A DNA stretch of 54,895 bases, taken from the NCBI GenBank assembly GCA_035547155.1, contig DASZVJ010000105.1:1-54895 (forward strand), given 5' to 3'. The position numbers were made by a program, and so were the translations under genes. This document shows, piece by piece, positions 1-9,994 of the stretch. The notes under the pieces were generated by a model, which worked only from the letters and a program-made list of their open reading frames with translations, was not told where the DNA came from and ran no database searches. This DNA is from Vicinamibacterales bacterium (GTDB lineage: Bacteria > Acidobacteriota > Vicinamibacteria > Vicinamibacterales > SCN-69-37). Each line of letters begins with the position of its first letter. Position 1 is the first letter of the stretch.

Positions 1-1862
1 GGCGGTGCCGGCCGGCGGTATGTCGGGACGATGACCTGGAGCACTTCGAGCGCGCGGGCGGCGTCTTCGTGTCCGGCGGCGTCTTCCAGCGTCGCGATCG
101 TCTCCCAGAGGTGTTCCGGCGGTGGTGGTCCGCTGATGACCTGAATCTTGTCCTCGGCGCGCAGCGTGACTTCCTCGTCTTCGGTCATCAGCTCTTCGTT
201 GAGCTTCTCGCCAGGCCGTAGCCCCGTCACGACGATCTCGATGTCCTGATCCGGCACGAGGCCGGCCATCCCGATCATCTGACGCGCAAGGTCGAGGATG
301 CGGATCGGCTCGCCCATGTCCAGCACGCACAGCTCGCCGTAGCGGCCGTACGCCGCTTTCAGCACGAGGCTCACCGCCTCGGGAATCGTCATGAAATAGC
401 GGCGAACGTCGGGATGCGTGATCGTGACGGGGCCGCCCGCTTCGATCTGCTGCTTGAAGAGCGGCACGACCGATCCGTCCGAGCCCAGCACGTTGCCGAA
501 GCGCACGGCGCAGCCGCGGATCCCCGAGCGCCGCGCGACGTCACGCGTCATGATCTCGCCCACGCGTTTGGTCGCGCCCATTACGCTCGACGGCGCCACG
601 GCCTTGTCCGTCGAGATGAAGACGAGGCATTCGACGGGCAGACGTTCGGCGGCGCGGAGCAGGTTGCGTGTGCCGAGGACATTGTTCTTGATGGCCTCGC
701 ACGGCGCTGCCTCCATCAGCGGCACGTGCTTGTGCGCCGCCGCGTGGAAGACGTCCTGCGGCCGGCAGTGCTGGAGGAGCGCGTCGAGCCGGCCGGCGTC
801 GCGGATGTCGGCGAGGTACGTGGCCACGGACGCCGCCGGTGCCTCGCGACGGAATCGCTGCTCGAGCAGATACAACCCGTTCTCGTTGATGTCGACCGCG
901 AAGAGCTGACCGACGCCAAGCTCGACGAGCTGCCGGCAAATCTCGCTGCCGATCGAGCCGGCCGCGCCGGTCACCAGCACCCGTCGCCCCGCGAATGCGG
1001 ATCGCTCGTGCGGCGCGAACGCCACGCGGCGCCGCGAGAGCAGGTCCTCCGGCGAGACGTTCTGCAGCATGGCGCCCGCGCCGCGATCCTGGAAGTACCG
1101 AAACGACACGGGCAGCGTCTTGATGTTGATGCCGAGTCCGGTGCACGCCGTGACGACGTGACGGACGAGCTCCTGCGAGTCGCGCGGAACGGCGATGAGG
1201 ACGTTGCTGATCCGGTGCTTCGCGATCGCCGCCGGCAGCGCCGGGACGCCGCCGAGCACCGGCCGGCCGCTCACGAGATTCCGCCATTTCGACGCGTCGT
1301 CATCGATGAACCCGACGACGTGGTAGTCGTGCTCGCCCGAGCGTTGCAGATCGCGATACAGCATCTCGCCGGCGGCGCCCGCGCCGACGATGAGCGTGCG
1401 GCGGACGTCGCCGCGGCGGAGCCGCGCGAAGCGCGTGCGGTACGTCTGCGCCACGCGCGGCATGAACCGCACGGCCAGCATCGCGGCGCCCGTCATCAGC
1501 ATCTCGAGCACGACGACGGCACGCGGTGAGCGGGGCGCGCCCATCAGCGGCGCCAGTACGAATGCGAGGCTGCCAAGGCCGACTGCGACGACGACGCGTA
1601 TGGCGTCCTGGAGGCTGGCGAGACTGAACGATGTGCGATGCACGCCACACGCGAGATTGACGGCGATTCGGCAGACGAGCAGCGTCGCCAATGACGTCGC
1701 GGCGCTTCGAGCCGGGATTGCGGCATGGCCGTCGGCGTGCAGGAGCCACGCGAGCGTGAAGCTCATCGCGCACAGCGCGAGGTCGACGAACACGAGCAGG
1801 GAGAAGCGCAGAAGCGGATGCTGAAGGGCTGTTGGCTGCGTCCGCTGGCGCCGAGAAGACAT
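1..1862 (-). CDS. CapD/PglF/WbpM-family polysaccharide biosynthesis protein (membrane-anchored UDP-HexNAc 4,6-dehydratase type); C-terminus lies beyond the left window edge
   Basis: Absent from the ORF track because it is open at the edge. Hand translation of the minus strand from ATG 1862-1860 gives MSSRRQRTQPTALQHPLLRFSLLVFVDLALCAMSF (hydrophobic N-terminus). This is followed by TLIVGAGAAGEMLYRDL..YHVVGFIDDD, a first Rossmann-like module. GRRVLVTGAAGSIGSEICRQL (about 989-900) then supplies the GxxGxxG of the dehydratase domain. Confidence 0.85.
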   Translation of the reverse strand, partial: MSSRRQRTQPTALQHPLLRFSLLVFVDLALCAMSFTLAWLLHADGHAAIPARSAATSLATLLVCRIAVNLACGVHRTSFSLASLQDAIRVVVAVGLGSLAFVLAPLMGAPRSPRAVVVLEMLMTGAAMLAVRFMPRVAQTYRTRFARLRRGDVRRTLIVGAGAAGEMLYRDLQRSGEHDYHVVGFIDDDASKWRNLVSGRPVLGGVPALPAAIAKHRISNVLIAVPRDSQELVRHVVTACTGLGINIKTLPVSFRYFQDRGAGAMLQNVSPEDLLSRRRVAFAPHERSAFAGRRVLVTGAAGSIGSEICRQLVELGVGQLFAVDINENGLYLLEQRFRREAPAASVATYLADIRDAGRLDALLQHCRPQDVFHAAAHKHVPLMEAAPCEAIKNNVLGTRNLLRAAERLPVECLVFISTDKAVAPSSVMGATKRVGEIMTRDVARRSGIRGCAVRFGNVLGSDGSVVPLFKQQIEAGGPVTITHPDVRRYFMTIPEAVSLVLKAAYGRYGELCVLDMGEPIRILDLARQMIGMAGLVPDQDIEIVVTGLRPGEKLNEELMTEDEEVTLRAEDKIQVISGPPPPEHLWETIATLEDAAGHEDAARALEVLQVIVPTYRRPAP

Positions 1863-1936
1863 GCTCACGGCTGCTGGAATGTGAGTATAGACTAGCACGC
1901 ACTTTCCACGCCGACGCTCAGAACGGCGACGACGCG

Positions 1937-3454
1937 ATGATACGAGAACGCCGGCGACACGCCGCATTGGCGACGCTGACCGGGACGGGCCTCACCGTCT
2001 GCATCACCGTCGCGCAGGCGTTTCTCCTGGTGCCGCTGTGCCTGTCGCATCTCGGCGCCGCGCTCTATGGCGCATGGCGGGGCGCCTTCGAGTTGCTCGT
2101 CTGGGTGCAGCTGCTCGATTGCGGCATTCCGAATCTGTTGACGCAACGCGTGGCGGCGGCGCTGGCGCGCGGCGATCAGGCCGACGCGGCGCGCTGGACG
2201 TCGACCGCGATGACGACGCTCGTCGTCATCGCGTGTCTGCTGGCGTTCGCCGGCGCGCTGATCGCCCCGTTCGTCGGACGCTGGGTCGACGTCCCACACG
2301 ATCAGGCTGCGACGTTCATGCGCTGTTTTCAGGTCGGCGTGCTCGCGAGCGCCGTGCTGCTGGTGTTCAACGGCCTGCTCGGGCTGTCGCGAGGCGTCCA
2401 GTTGACCGCGCTCGTCAACGTCTCTCAGGTCGCGGGCGGCCTGGCCGGCCTTCTCGTCTCGATCGTGCTGCTGATCAAGGGGTGGGGGCTGTGGGCGCTG
2501 CCGATAGGATTGCTCGTGCGCGCCCTGTCGTCGCTCGCCGGCGGCATCGTGTTCCTGTGGCGCTTGCCGCGTGACCGCGGCGGACGGATCGTCCGTCCCT
2601 CGCGCGCGCTGGCCGGCGAGATCATGTCTCTCGCGCCGTCGATGGCGAGCGGCAGCGTCGGCTATCTGCTCGCGAACAACAGCGAGATCTTCCTGGTCGC
2701 GACGATTTTCGGCCCGGTGACGGCCACGATGTACGCGTTGACGCGCAGCGCGATCGACGGGCTGCGCAACTTGCTCGACTCGTTCGCGTGGGCGGTGTAC
2801 GGCGGGTTCTCGCATCTCGTCACCGCCGTGGATCGGCATCGCGCGCGGGCCGTGCTGCACGAAGTGCTGTGGCTGCGATTCGCGGCCGGCTGCCTGTGCG
2901 GCGCCATCGCCATCGCCGTCAATCGCGCGTTCGTGACGCTGCTCTTCGGCGCGGATCATTTCGGCGGCGTGTGGCTCACCGTCGGCTTCGCGTTGCAGAT
3001 GGTGGTGGGCGGCCAGGCGTTCCTCGCCAACTTCCTGTACCGTGCAGCCGGCCATGTCGGCGAGGGATCGCTATGGCTTGCAGCGGAAGCCGTCGCGCGT
3101 GTGGCCGCGATGCTGGCCGGCTTCTTTCTGATCGGCATCCTGGGCGCGCCGTGGGCCGCCGTCGTTGTCAGCACGGCGGCGCTGCTCGTGATGACCCGCC
3201 TCCTGAATCGGACGCTGCCGCCATCGGACGTGCGCGCCGCAGCGGGGCACTGGACCAATCAGGTCGCGCCGCTCGTCGTGCTGGCTTTCGGCGTGGCGGT
3301 TGCCCTCACGGGCCCGTCGCACTCCTGGATCGGAATCGTCGCGACCGGGACGGTCGTCGCGCTGCTCGGAGGCGGGCTCCTGTGGGTCATGGTACCCGCG
3401 AGCTCCGGCATCGGAGCATTGCCGCGATGGCTGTCATCGCCGATGGGACGATGA
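1937..3454 (+). CDS. Wzx-like polysaccharide flippase (MOP superfamily membrane protein)
   Basis: 505 aa, hydrophobic throughout with roughly 12-14 spans and no soluble domain. It is the first gene of the glycan operon. Start moved from the track start (1832) to ATG 1937 (MIRERRRHAAL). Confidence 0.6.
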   Translation: MIRERRRHAALATLTGTGLTVCITVAQAFLLVPLCLSHLGAALYGAWRGAFELLVWVQLLDCGIPNLLTQRVAAALARGDQADAARWTSTAMTTLVVIACLLAFAGALIAPFVGRWVDVPHDQAATFMRCFQVGVLASAVLLVFNGLLGLSRGVQLTALVNVSQVAGGLAGLLVSIVLLIKGWGLWALPIGLLVRALSSLAGGIVFLWRLPRDRGGRIVRPSRALAGEIMSLAPSMASGSVGYLLANNSEIFLVATIFGPVTATMYALTRSAIDGLRNLLDSFAWAVYGGFSHLVTAVDRHRARAVLHEVLWLRFAAGCLCGAIAIAVNRAFVTLLFGADHFGGVWLTVGFALQMVVGGQAFLANFLYRAAGHVGEGSLWLAAEAVARVAAMLAGFFLIGILGAPWAAVVVSTAALLVMTRLLNRTLPPSDVRAAAGHWTNQVAPLVVLAFGVAVALTGPSHSWIGIVATGTVVALLGGGLLWVMVPASSGIGALPRWLSSPMGR

Positions 3455-4707
3455 GCGCGCGGGGCAATCATGAGCGGTCACGCACGCCGCCGACGCCGCC
3501 CGTGGCGCTCGTCGTCATCGGCACGTTTGTGGGCGATGGCTCGCGCTTCCAGGGCCCGGCGTTCAATCGTGCGGGGCAGATGTTTCAAGCCGAGCTCGTC
3601 CGCGGGTTGTCGGAGGCGGGCCTCGTGCCCTCCGCGGTCTACAGCCTCGAGCCCGTGCCCGCGTTTCCCCGCATGCCGCGCCTCGTCGGGCGCGTCGGAC
3701 TGCTGGCCGCGACACGCGGCATTCGCGTCCGATTGATTCCGTTTCTGAACGTCCATCCCCTCAAGGTCCTGACCGCCGGGATCTCCACGTTGGCCATGCT
3801 CGTTGCCTGGGCCTGGCGTCATCGCGGCCAGCCGCGCGTGATGTGCGTGATCAATCTCACCATGCCGCCCGGCGTATGCGTCTGGCTGGCCGCGCGGATC
3901 ACCCGCAGCCGGGCGGTCGTCTCGGTGCTCGACGTCTGGCGGCCGGGCGGGATCGTGCCCGATACCTGGAAGTGGCGTCTCGATTTCGCAATGCAACGGT
4001 GGCTGCTGCCGCGCTTCGACGGACACATGGTCGTCTCGCGCGCCATTGCCGAGGATCTGATTCCCGGCAGACGCGTCTGTCTGATCGAGGGCGGCGTGCC
4101 GGCGGATCGCGTGGGCCCGCCGCCGGCCGATGTCCGTGCCGGGCCGCCGTTCCGGATCGTCCTCGCCGGCACGCTCGAACCGTACAATGGCGTCGAGCTC
4201 ATCGCGCGGGCCATGGCGCTGTTGCCTGACGAATACGAGCTGATCATCGCCGGTGCGGGCTCACGGGCGGCGTACGCCGCGGACCTCGCCGCGCGCGATC
4301 CGCGCGTGTCGTTCCGCGGATTTCTCAGCTTCGAGGAGGTTGTCGATCTGTATCGCTCCGCCGATCTCCTGCTCAACGCGCGGCTCACCAAGGCGGTGGA
4401 CACGCGCTATTTCTTTCCGTCGAAGCTGATGGAATTGCTCGCGTCCGGGACGCCGGTGCTCTCAACGTGCACGGGACACGTCGAGTCCGAGTACGGCCAC
4501 GTGTTGTATTTGCTGCGCGAGGAGACGCCGGAGGCGCTGGCGGTCCGCATTCAAGAGATCCGTGCGATCGATCCGGCGGAACGCGAGAGACTGGGCCTGC
4601 GCGCGCGTGACTTCATGCTCCGCGAAAAGACCTGGGATCGGCAGGGCGAACGTCTCGCGCGATACATCCGGGAGGACGTGCTCGGCATGACGTCGCCGCA
4701 CGCGTGA
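3451..4707 (+). CDS. Glycosyltransferase, GT4 (GT-B) family
   Basis: C-terminal YFFPSKLMELLASGTPVLST is an E-x7-E-like GT4 motif. ATG 3451 overlaps the wzx stop (ATGA). The upstream part of track ORF 2788..4707 is an out-of-frame overlap with wzx. Confidence 0.8.
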   Translation: MSARGNHERSRTPPTPPVALVVIGTFVGDGSRFQGPAFNRAGQMFQAELVRGLSEAGLVPSAVYSLEPVPAFPRMPRLVGRVGLLAATRGIRVRLIPFLNVHPLKVLTAGISTLAMLVAWAWRHRGQPRVMCVINLTMPPGVCVWLAARITRSRAVVSVLDVWRPGGIVPDTWKWRLDFAMQRWLLPRFDGHMVVSRAIAEDLIPGRRVCLIEGGVPADRVGPPPADVRAGPPFRIVLAGTLEPYNGVELIARAMALLPDEYELIIAGAGSRAAYAADLAARDPRVSFRGFLSFEEVVDLYRSADLLLNARLTKAVDTRYFFPSKLMELLASGTPVLSTCTGHVESEYGHVLYLLREETPEALAVRIQEIRAIDPAERERLGLRARDFMLREKTWDRQGERLARYIREDVLGMTSPHA

Positions 4708-5666
4708 CGGACGATCGCGTCGCGGCGCTCGTGATCTTCGGCGCCAGCGGCTTCGTCGGAGGGCACGTGCGCCGTGCCGCGCCCGCCTGGGCCCGCGACG
4801 TGCTGCTCGTCACGCGCCGCTCAACCGATCCGGCGCCTCACGAACGCGTCATCCATGGCGATCTCCGCGAGCCATCGTCGTTTGCGCCCGCGTTGCCGAA
4901 GGGCAGTGTCGTCGTCAACCTCGCGTTCGACGCGCACGCGCCAGCGGACGTCAATCTCGCGATGGCGGATGGCCTTGCCGCAGCCGGTGCGGCCTGCGCG
5001 GCGTCTCGCGTCGTCCATCTCAGCACCGCCACGGTCGTCGGGCCCTGCCCGGACCGATGGATCTCCGAAGACACGCCGTGCCGGCCCGCGACGCCATATC
5101 AGCGGACCAAGCTGGCGATCGAGGCGCGTTTGCGTGAGCGTGCGAGCGGGACATTTCCGCTCGTCGTGCTCCGGCCGACGGCCGTTTTCGGCGAGAACGG
5201 GTTGAACCTGAAGAAGCTCACGAACGATCTGCGGACGCGACCGCGCATCGAGAGCTACGTCCGCGCGTGCCTGTACGGCCGGCGTGCGATGAATCTCGTG
5301 CCCGTCGAAACGGTGACCGCCGCCGTACGGTTCGCGGCGACGTCGCCGCGCGCGATCGACGACGGCCTCTACCAGGTCGCAGCCGATGAGGCACCGGAGA
5401 ACAACTTCGCCGACGTCGAGCGCATCGTGCGGCGCGGCCTGGGATTTCGCGACCGCCGCGTCGAGCCGATTCGTCTTCCGCTGGCGGCGCTGACGGCCGT
5501 CCTCGAGGCGAGCGGGCGGTACTCGCTCAATCCCGCGGCGCGGTTCAGCAGCGACCGGTTGCGGCACGCGGGATTCACGCCGCCGGTGACGTTCGCCGAC
5601 GCGCTCGAGCGATACGCGGCCGCCGCGCACGACACGGCCTCGAAAGGAGATCCGGCGTCCGCATGA
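4704..5666 (+). CDS. NAD-dependent sugar epimerase/dehydratase (extended SDR)
   Basis: VIFGASGFVGGHV (GxxGxxG) and PYQRTK (YxxxK). The GTG start overlaps the preceding stop (GTGA). Confidence 0.8.
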   Translation: MTDDRVAALVIFGASGFVGGHVRRAAPAWARDVLLVTRRSTDPAPHERVIHGDLREPSSFAPALPKGSVVVNLAFDAHAPADVNLAMADGLAAAGAACAASRVVHLSTATVVGPCPDRWISEDTPCRPATPYQRTKLAIEARLRERASGTFPLVVLRPTAVFGENGLNLKKLTNDLRTRPRIESYVRACLYGRRAMNLVPVETVTAAVRFAATSPRAIDDGLYQVAADEAPENNFADVERIVRRGLGFRDRRVEPIRLPLAALTAVLEASGRYSLNPAARFSSDRLRHAGFTPPVTFADALERYAAAAHDTASKGDPASA

Positions 5667-6796
5667 AGCTGCTCGTCGTCAACATGACGCTCGACCCGAG
5701 GACCGGCGGCGGCAGCGCCGCGCGTGCGCTTCAGGCCACGCGCGCCCTCGCGGCGCAAGGCGTCGACTGCACGATCGCCACGACGGCGGTCGGATCCCTC
5801 ACGCAGACACAGCTGCGCGGCATCCGCATCGTCAAGCTGCCGTCGATTGGCGGCCGTTTCCGCGTGTCGTGGACGGGCTTCGAGGCGCTGCGAACCGCGG
5901 TTGCGGACGCCGACATTCTGATGCTCGTCAATCACTGGACGATCATCAACGTGCTGGCGTGGCGCGCCGCCGTGCGCATGGGCAAGCCGTACGTCGTGTG
6001 CCCGGCCGGTGCGCTGCCGCCGTTCGGACGATCGCGGCTGCTCAAGGTGATCTACAACGTTCTCTGGGGCCGGCGGCTGATCCGCAACGCGTCGGCGCAC
6101 ATCGCGATTACGTCGGATGAGATCGAGCACTACGCGCACTACGGTGTACCGGCCGGGGCCGTCACGATCATTCCGAACGGCATCCCGCACGTTCCTCCCG
6201 GCGTCGGCGACACCTTCCGCCAGCAGCATCGCCTCGGCGACGCGCCGATCGCGCTCTTCCTGGGCCGCCTCGCGCCGCTCAAGGGGCCGGATCTGCTCAT
6301 CGACGCCTTCGCCCGCGCGGCAGCGGACCTGCCCGGCTGGAGACTTGTCATTGCCGGTCCCGACGATGGGATGCTGTCGCAACTGCGGACGCAGGTGGCT
6401 GCGGCGGGCATGACCGGGCGCGTGACGTTCACCGGCTTTCTCGAGACGGCGGCGAAGGCCGACGCGCTGGCCGCGGCCGATCTGCTCGTCGTGCCGTCGC
6501 GCCGCGAGGCGATGTCGATCGTCGTGCTCGAGGCGGCCGCCGCGGCACGGCCCGTGCTCATCACCGATCGCTGCGGCATTCCGGACGTCGCGGAATCCGG
6601 TGGCGGGTGGGTCGTCGACGCCTCGGTCGACGGCCTCGTACGTGGCCTGAGCGCGGCCGCGCGCGATCGCGACGCGCTTCGCGCGATGGGCGCGCAGTGG
6701 CAGCGCGTCGCGACCGGGCGATTCTCGTGGTCGCACGTGGCGAAGCTGCACCTCGATTTGCTGTCGGCCGTCGCGGCGCGATCGGGAGGGCGATGA
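5663..6796 (+). CDS. Glycosyltransferase, GT4 family
   Basis: MKLLVVNMTLDPRTGGG at the N-terminus and PSRREAMSIVVLEAAAAARPVLITDRCG (E-x7-E). ATGA overlap with the upstream gene. Confidence 0.85.
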   Translation: MKLLVVNMTLDPRTGGGSAARALQATRALAAQGVDCTIATTAVGSLTQTQLRGIRIVKLPSIGGRFRVSWTGFEALRTAVADADILMLVNHWTIINVLAWRAAVRMGKPYVVCPAGALPPFGRSRLLKVIYNVLWGRRLIRNASAHIAITSDEIEHYAHYGVPAGAVTIIPNGIPHVPPGVGDTFRQQHRLGDAPIALFLGRLAPLKGPDLLIDAFARAAADLPGWRLVIAGPDDGMLSQLRTQVAAAGMTGRVTFTGFLETAAKADALAAADLLVVPSRREAMSIVVLEAAAAARPVLITDRCGIPDVAESGGGWVVDASVDGLVRGLSAAARDRDALRAMGAQWQRVATGRFSWSHVAKLHLDLLSAVAARSGGR

Positions 6797-8019
6797 GAAT
6801 CCTCCTCGTCACGCAGTACTTCTGGCCCGAGTCGTTTCGCGTCAATCACCTGGTCCAGGCCTGGCGCGATCTGGGCCACGACGTGACCGTGCTGGCGAAC
6901 ATGCCCAGCTATCCGGCGGGACGGACGTTCGAGGGATATTCGTGGCGCGGGCCGTACCGCGAGACGTACTTCGGCGCCGACGTGCGCCGCGTGCCGACGC
7001 TGCCGCGCGGCCGCCGCCGCAACGTCCGCGTGATTCTCACGTATCTGTCGTTCATCGCGAACGGCCTCGTCCTCGCGCCGTTCGTCGCACGCGGGCGCTT
7101 CGACGCGGTGTTCGTGTACGCGCCGTCGCCGATCACCGTCGCGCTGCCGGCGTTGCTGATGAAGCGGCTGCGCGGCACGCCGATGGCGATCTGGGTGCAG
7201 GATCTGTGGCCGGACAACCTCGCGTCGCTCGGCATCGTGCGATCGCCGCTGCTGCTGCGGATGGCGACGGCGCTTGGACGCTGGATCTATCGCCGCTGCG
7301 ATCTCGTGCTCGTGCAGTCTGCCGCGTTCGAAGCGCCCGTGCGACGCGTGTGCCCGGAGGTCGCGAAGATTCGTTTGCTCCCGAACTGGGCGGACGATTT
7401 CTACCGGCCCGAGACCGTCGAGCCGGACGCGCCAGAGCGTCGCGAGTTTCCCGAAGGATTCACGGTCGTCTTCGGCGGCAATCTGGGATCGGCGCAGGCG
7501 CTCGAGGTCGTGCTCGACGCCGCGGCGATGTTGCGCGATGCTGGCGTCCGATGGGTGTTCATCGGCGATGGCAATCAGCGCACAGCGCTCGAATCGGAGA
7601 GCCGCAGCCGCGGCTTGGACGACGTCGTGCGCTTCCTCGGCTGGCGTCCGGAGACCACGATGCCGCGCTATTTGAGCTTGGCGGATGCGCTGCTCGTGAG
7701 CTTGCGTCGCAACGAGAGCTTCGCGTCAACCGTTCCCGCGAAGCTGCAGACGTCGCTCGCGGTGGGCCGGCCGATTCTCGCCGCGCTCGAAGGCGAAGGC
7801 GCGCGCATCGTCCGGGACGCGCGCGCCGGCGTCGTCGTCGAGCCGGAGAACGCGCGGGCGCTCGCGGACGGCGTGCGCGCGCTCATGACGGCCAGCGCCG
7901 AGGCGCGAGCCGAGATGGGACGCAGCGGCCGGGCATACGCGACGACGCATTTCGATCGGGCCACGCTGGTGGCGCAGCTCGATCGGTGGTTGCGTGAGAT
8001 GACGGAGGCACGTGCGTGA
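6793..8019 (+). CDS. Glycosyltransferase, GT4 family, WcaI/WbuB-like
   Basis: The internal start MRILLVTQYFWPESFRVNHL is typical of WcaI/WbuB-type GT4 enzymes. ATG 6793 overlaps the upstream stop (ATGA). The track ORF begins at 6607 in the same frame. Confidence 0.8.
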   Translation: MRILLVTQYFWPESFRVNHLVQAWRDLGHDVTVLANMPSYPAGRTFEGYSWRGPYRETYFGADVRRVPTLPRGRRRNVRVILTYLSFIANGLVLAPFVARGRFDAVFVYAPSPITVALPALLMKRLRGTPMAIWVQDLWPDNLASLGIVRSPLLLRMATALGRWIYRRCDLVLVQSAAFEAPVRRVCPEVAKIRLLPNWADDFYRPETVEPDAPERREFPEGFTVVFGGNLGSAQALEVVLDAAAMLRDAGVRWVFIGDGNQRTALESESRSRGLDDVVRFLGWRPETTMPRYLSLADALLVSLRRNESFASTVPAKLQTSLAVGRPILAALEGEGARIVRDARAGVVVEPENARALADGVRALMTASAEARAEMGRSGRAYATTHFDRATLVAQLDRWLREMTEARA

Positions 8020-8915
8020 GGATTCTGATCCTTGGCGGCGACGGCATGCTCGGCCATCAGCTCCTGACGATGTGGTCGGAGCGGCACGACGTGACCGTCA
8101 CCGTGCGCCAGCCACTCGCGGCCTATGCGTCGTACGGCCTGTTTTCTACGCACAACACGATTGACGGCGTTGACGCGCGTGATCCCGATGCCGTGCGATC
8201 CGTCATCGAGCGCGTCTCGCCGGCAGCCGTCGTCAATGGCATCGGCATCGTCAAGCAGCGCGACGAGGCAAAGGCCGCGATTCCGTCCATCGAGATCAAC
8301 GCCCTCTTTCCACACCGGCTGCTGGAGCTGTGCCGCGCGGGCGGTGCGCGGCTCGTCCACGTCAGCACCGATTGCGTGTTCTCGGGGCGCACCGGCGGTT
8401 ATCGCGAGAGCGACGTCCCCGATCCCGTCGATCTCTACGGACGATCGAAGCTCCTCGGCGAAGTGGAGCACGCCCCCGGCCTCACGCTGCGCACGTCGAT
8501 CATCGGTCTGGAGCTGAGCCGCAAGGTGGGCCTGATCGAATGGTTCCTCGCGCAACGCGGTATGATTCGCGGGTTCCGTCGCGCGATCTACACGGGATTG
8601 ACGACACGCGTGCTCGGCAGGCTCATCGAGCGGATCCTTCTCGACCATCCGGATCTTCAAGGCGTCTGGCAGGTCGCGTCCGCGCCGATCACCAAGTACG
8701 CGCTGCTGACGGAGCTCTCGCGGCGGCTGGCCCGTACGGACATCGAGATTGCCGCGGACGACACGTTCGTCTGCGATCGCAGTCTCCTCGCGGATCGATT
8801 CGCGGATGCCACCGGCTATCGCGCGCCGGCGTGGAACGAGATGCTGGACGAGCTCGCCGGCGACATTCGGCAGCGGCAGGCACGCGCGGCCGTGGCGGGC
8901 GCGCAGGAAGCATGA
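8016..8915 (+). CDS. RmlD-fold SDR reductase (WbvR-like C4 reductase candidate)
   Basis: MRILILGGDGMLGHQL (GxxGxxG), STDCVFSG and YGRSKLLGE (YxxxK), about 299 aa. GTGA overlap upstream and ATGA overlap downstream. Confidence 0.75.
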   Translation: MRILILGGDGMLGHQLLTMWSERHDVTVTVRQPLAAYASYGLFSTHNTIDGVDARDPDAVRSVIERVSPAAVVNGIGIVKQRDEAKAAIPSIEINALFPHRLLELCRAGGARLVHVSTDCVFSGRTGGYRESDVPDPVDLYGRSKLLGEVEHAPGLTLRTSIIGLELSRKVGLIEWFLAQRGMIRGFRRAIYTGLTTRVLGRLIERILLDHPDLQGVWQVASAPITKYALLTELSRRLARTDIEIAADDTFVCDRSLLADRFADATGYRAPAWNEMLDELAGDIRQRQARAAVAGAQEA

Positions 8916-9994
8916 GACTCGCACACATGGATTTGACGGCGAAGCGCATCCTGGTGACGGGCGGGACCGGCTCGCTCGGCAAGGTGCTCGTGCGGCGGCT
9001 GCTCGCCGGCGAGCACGGCCGGCCGGGCAAGGTCATCATCCTGTCGCGCGACGAGGCGAAGCAGCACGAGATGCGGCTCGCGTATCAGCAGCGGCGCGTC
9101 GGCACCGACGAGGTCATCTACCACAACTTCACGCAGATCCTCGAGTTTCGCATCGGCGACGTGCGCGCGTACGGCGACGTCGCCGCGGCCGCGCGCGACG
9201 CGGACATCATCATCAATGCCGCCGCGCTCAAGCAGGTGCCGACCTGCGAGTATTTTCCCGAGCAGGCGATCCACACCAACTGCGACGGCGCGGCCAACAT
9301 CGTCCGCGCGATCCGCGAGCTGAGCCTGCCCGTCGAAGTGGTGGTCGGCGTGAGCACGGACAAGGCGTGCAAGCCCGTCAACGTCATGGGCATGTCGAAG
9401 GCGATCGCCGAGCGCATCTTCACGGCGGCGAATGTGCTCAACAGCCGGACCCGCTTCGTCTGCGTGCGGTACGGCAACGTCATGGCCTCGCGCGGATCGG
9501 TGCTGCCGCTGTTCCATCAGCAGATTCGTACCGGCGGGCCGGTGACGATCACCGCGGAATCGATGACGCGATTCCTCATGACGCTCGATCAGGCCGTCGA
9601 CACGGTCTTCGAGGCCATCGCGCACGGCGCGCCCGGCGAGATCGTCATTCCGACCGCGCCGTCCGCGTCCGTCATCAACATCGCGCGGGCCCTGATTGGC
9701 GACCGCGGCACGCCCATCCGCATCACGGGCATTCGTCCGGGCGAAAAGGAGCACGAGATTCTCGTGTCCGACGAAGAGTGCCGGCATGCGTTCGCTCGCG
9801 GCGGCTACTACGCGATCGCGCCGATGCTGCCCGAGCTTGCCGCGCTGCCGTCGTCCGATCGGTTGCCGCTCAATCGCGAGTACAGCTCCGCCGACGCGCC
9901 TGTCGATCTCGAGCGGACCGCCGCGTTGCTACGGGAAAATCATCTGATGCTCGATCAGGTCGATCTGGCAGAGGCCACGGAGCTGCTGCGATGA
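8912..9994 (+). CDS. UDP-N-acetylglucosamine 4,6-dehydratase/5-epimerase family (FnlA/CapE/WbjB/WbvB-like)
   Basis: ILVTGGTGSLGK; STDKACKPVNVMGMSKAIAE, where Met sits in the position of the SDR Tyr as in the CapE/FnlA class; RYGNVMASRGSV; MTRF. Soluble, about 360 aa. ATG 8912 overlaps the upstream stop; an alternative start lies at 8927. Confidence 0.8.
   Translation: MRLAHMDLTAKRILVTGGTGSLGKVLVRRLLAGEHGRPGKVIILSRDEAKQHEMRLAYQQRRVGTDEVIYHNFTQILEFRIGDVRAYGDVAAAARDADIIINAAALKQVPTCEYFPEQAIHTNCDGAANIVRAIRELSLPVEVVVGVSTDKACKPVNVMGMSKAIAERIFTAANVLNSRTRFVCVRYGNVMASRGSVLPLFHQQIRTGGPVTITAESMTRFLMTLDQAVDTVFEAIAHGAPGEIVIPTAPSASVINIARALIGDRGTPIRITGIRPGEKEHEILVSDEECRHAFARGGYYAIAPMLPELAALPSSDRLPLNREYSSADAPVDLERTAALLRENHLMLDQVDLAEATELLR

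Noticed and set aside
1863-1936. Divergent promoter elements between the capD-like gene and the wzx-like gene, around the AT-richer patch ggaatgtgagtatagact.
   Set aside because: A TATAGA-like hexamer is visible, but there is no convincing -35 at proper spacing, so a promoter cannot be supported from sequence alone.
2788-4707. 5'-extended versions of real genes in the ORF track: 2788.., 6607.., 8330.., 8749.., 25899.., 39231.., 42526.., 45777.., 47192.., 47683.., 48630.. and 51119...
   Set aside because: The extensions overlap the upstream gene in another frame and translate to Arg-rich sequence. Internal ATG or GTG starts give N-termini matching the families, usually with a 4-nt overlap of the preceding stop.
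5369-6751. Long antisense or out-of-frame ORFs throughout the window. Examples are 414..1529 +, 5369..6751 -, 7668..8924 -, 9955..11205 -, 20721..22772 +, 27862..30249 +, 30172..32184 -, 35052..36950 -, 43040..44509 -, 49096..50886 - and 51209..52888 -.
   Set aside because: Their translations are Arg/Ala/Pro/Gly-rich low-complexity sequence, typical of non-coding frames in ~68% GC DNA. Each lies opposite to or overlapping an ORF with clear family motifs.
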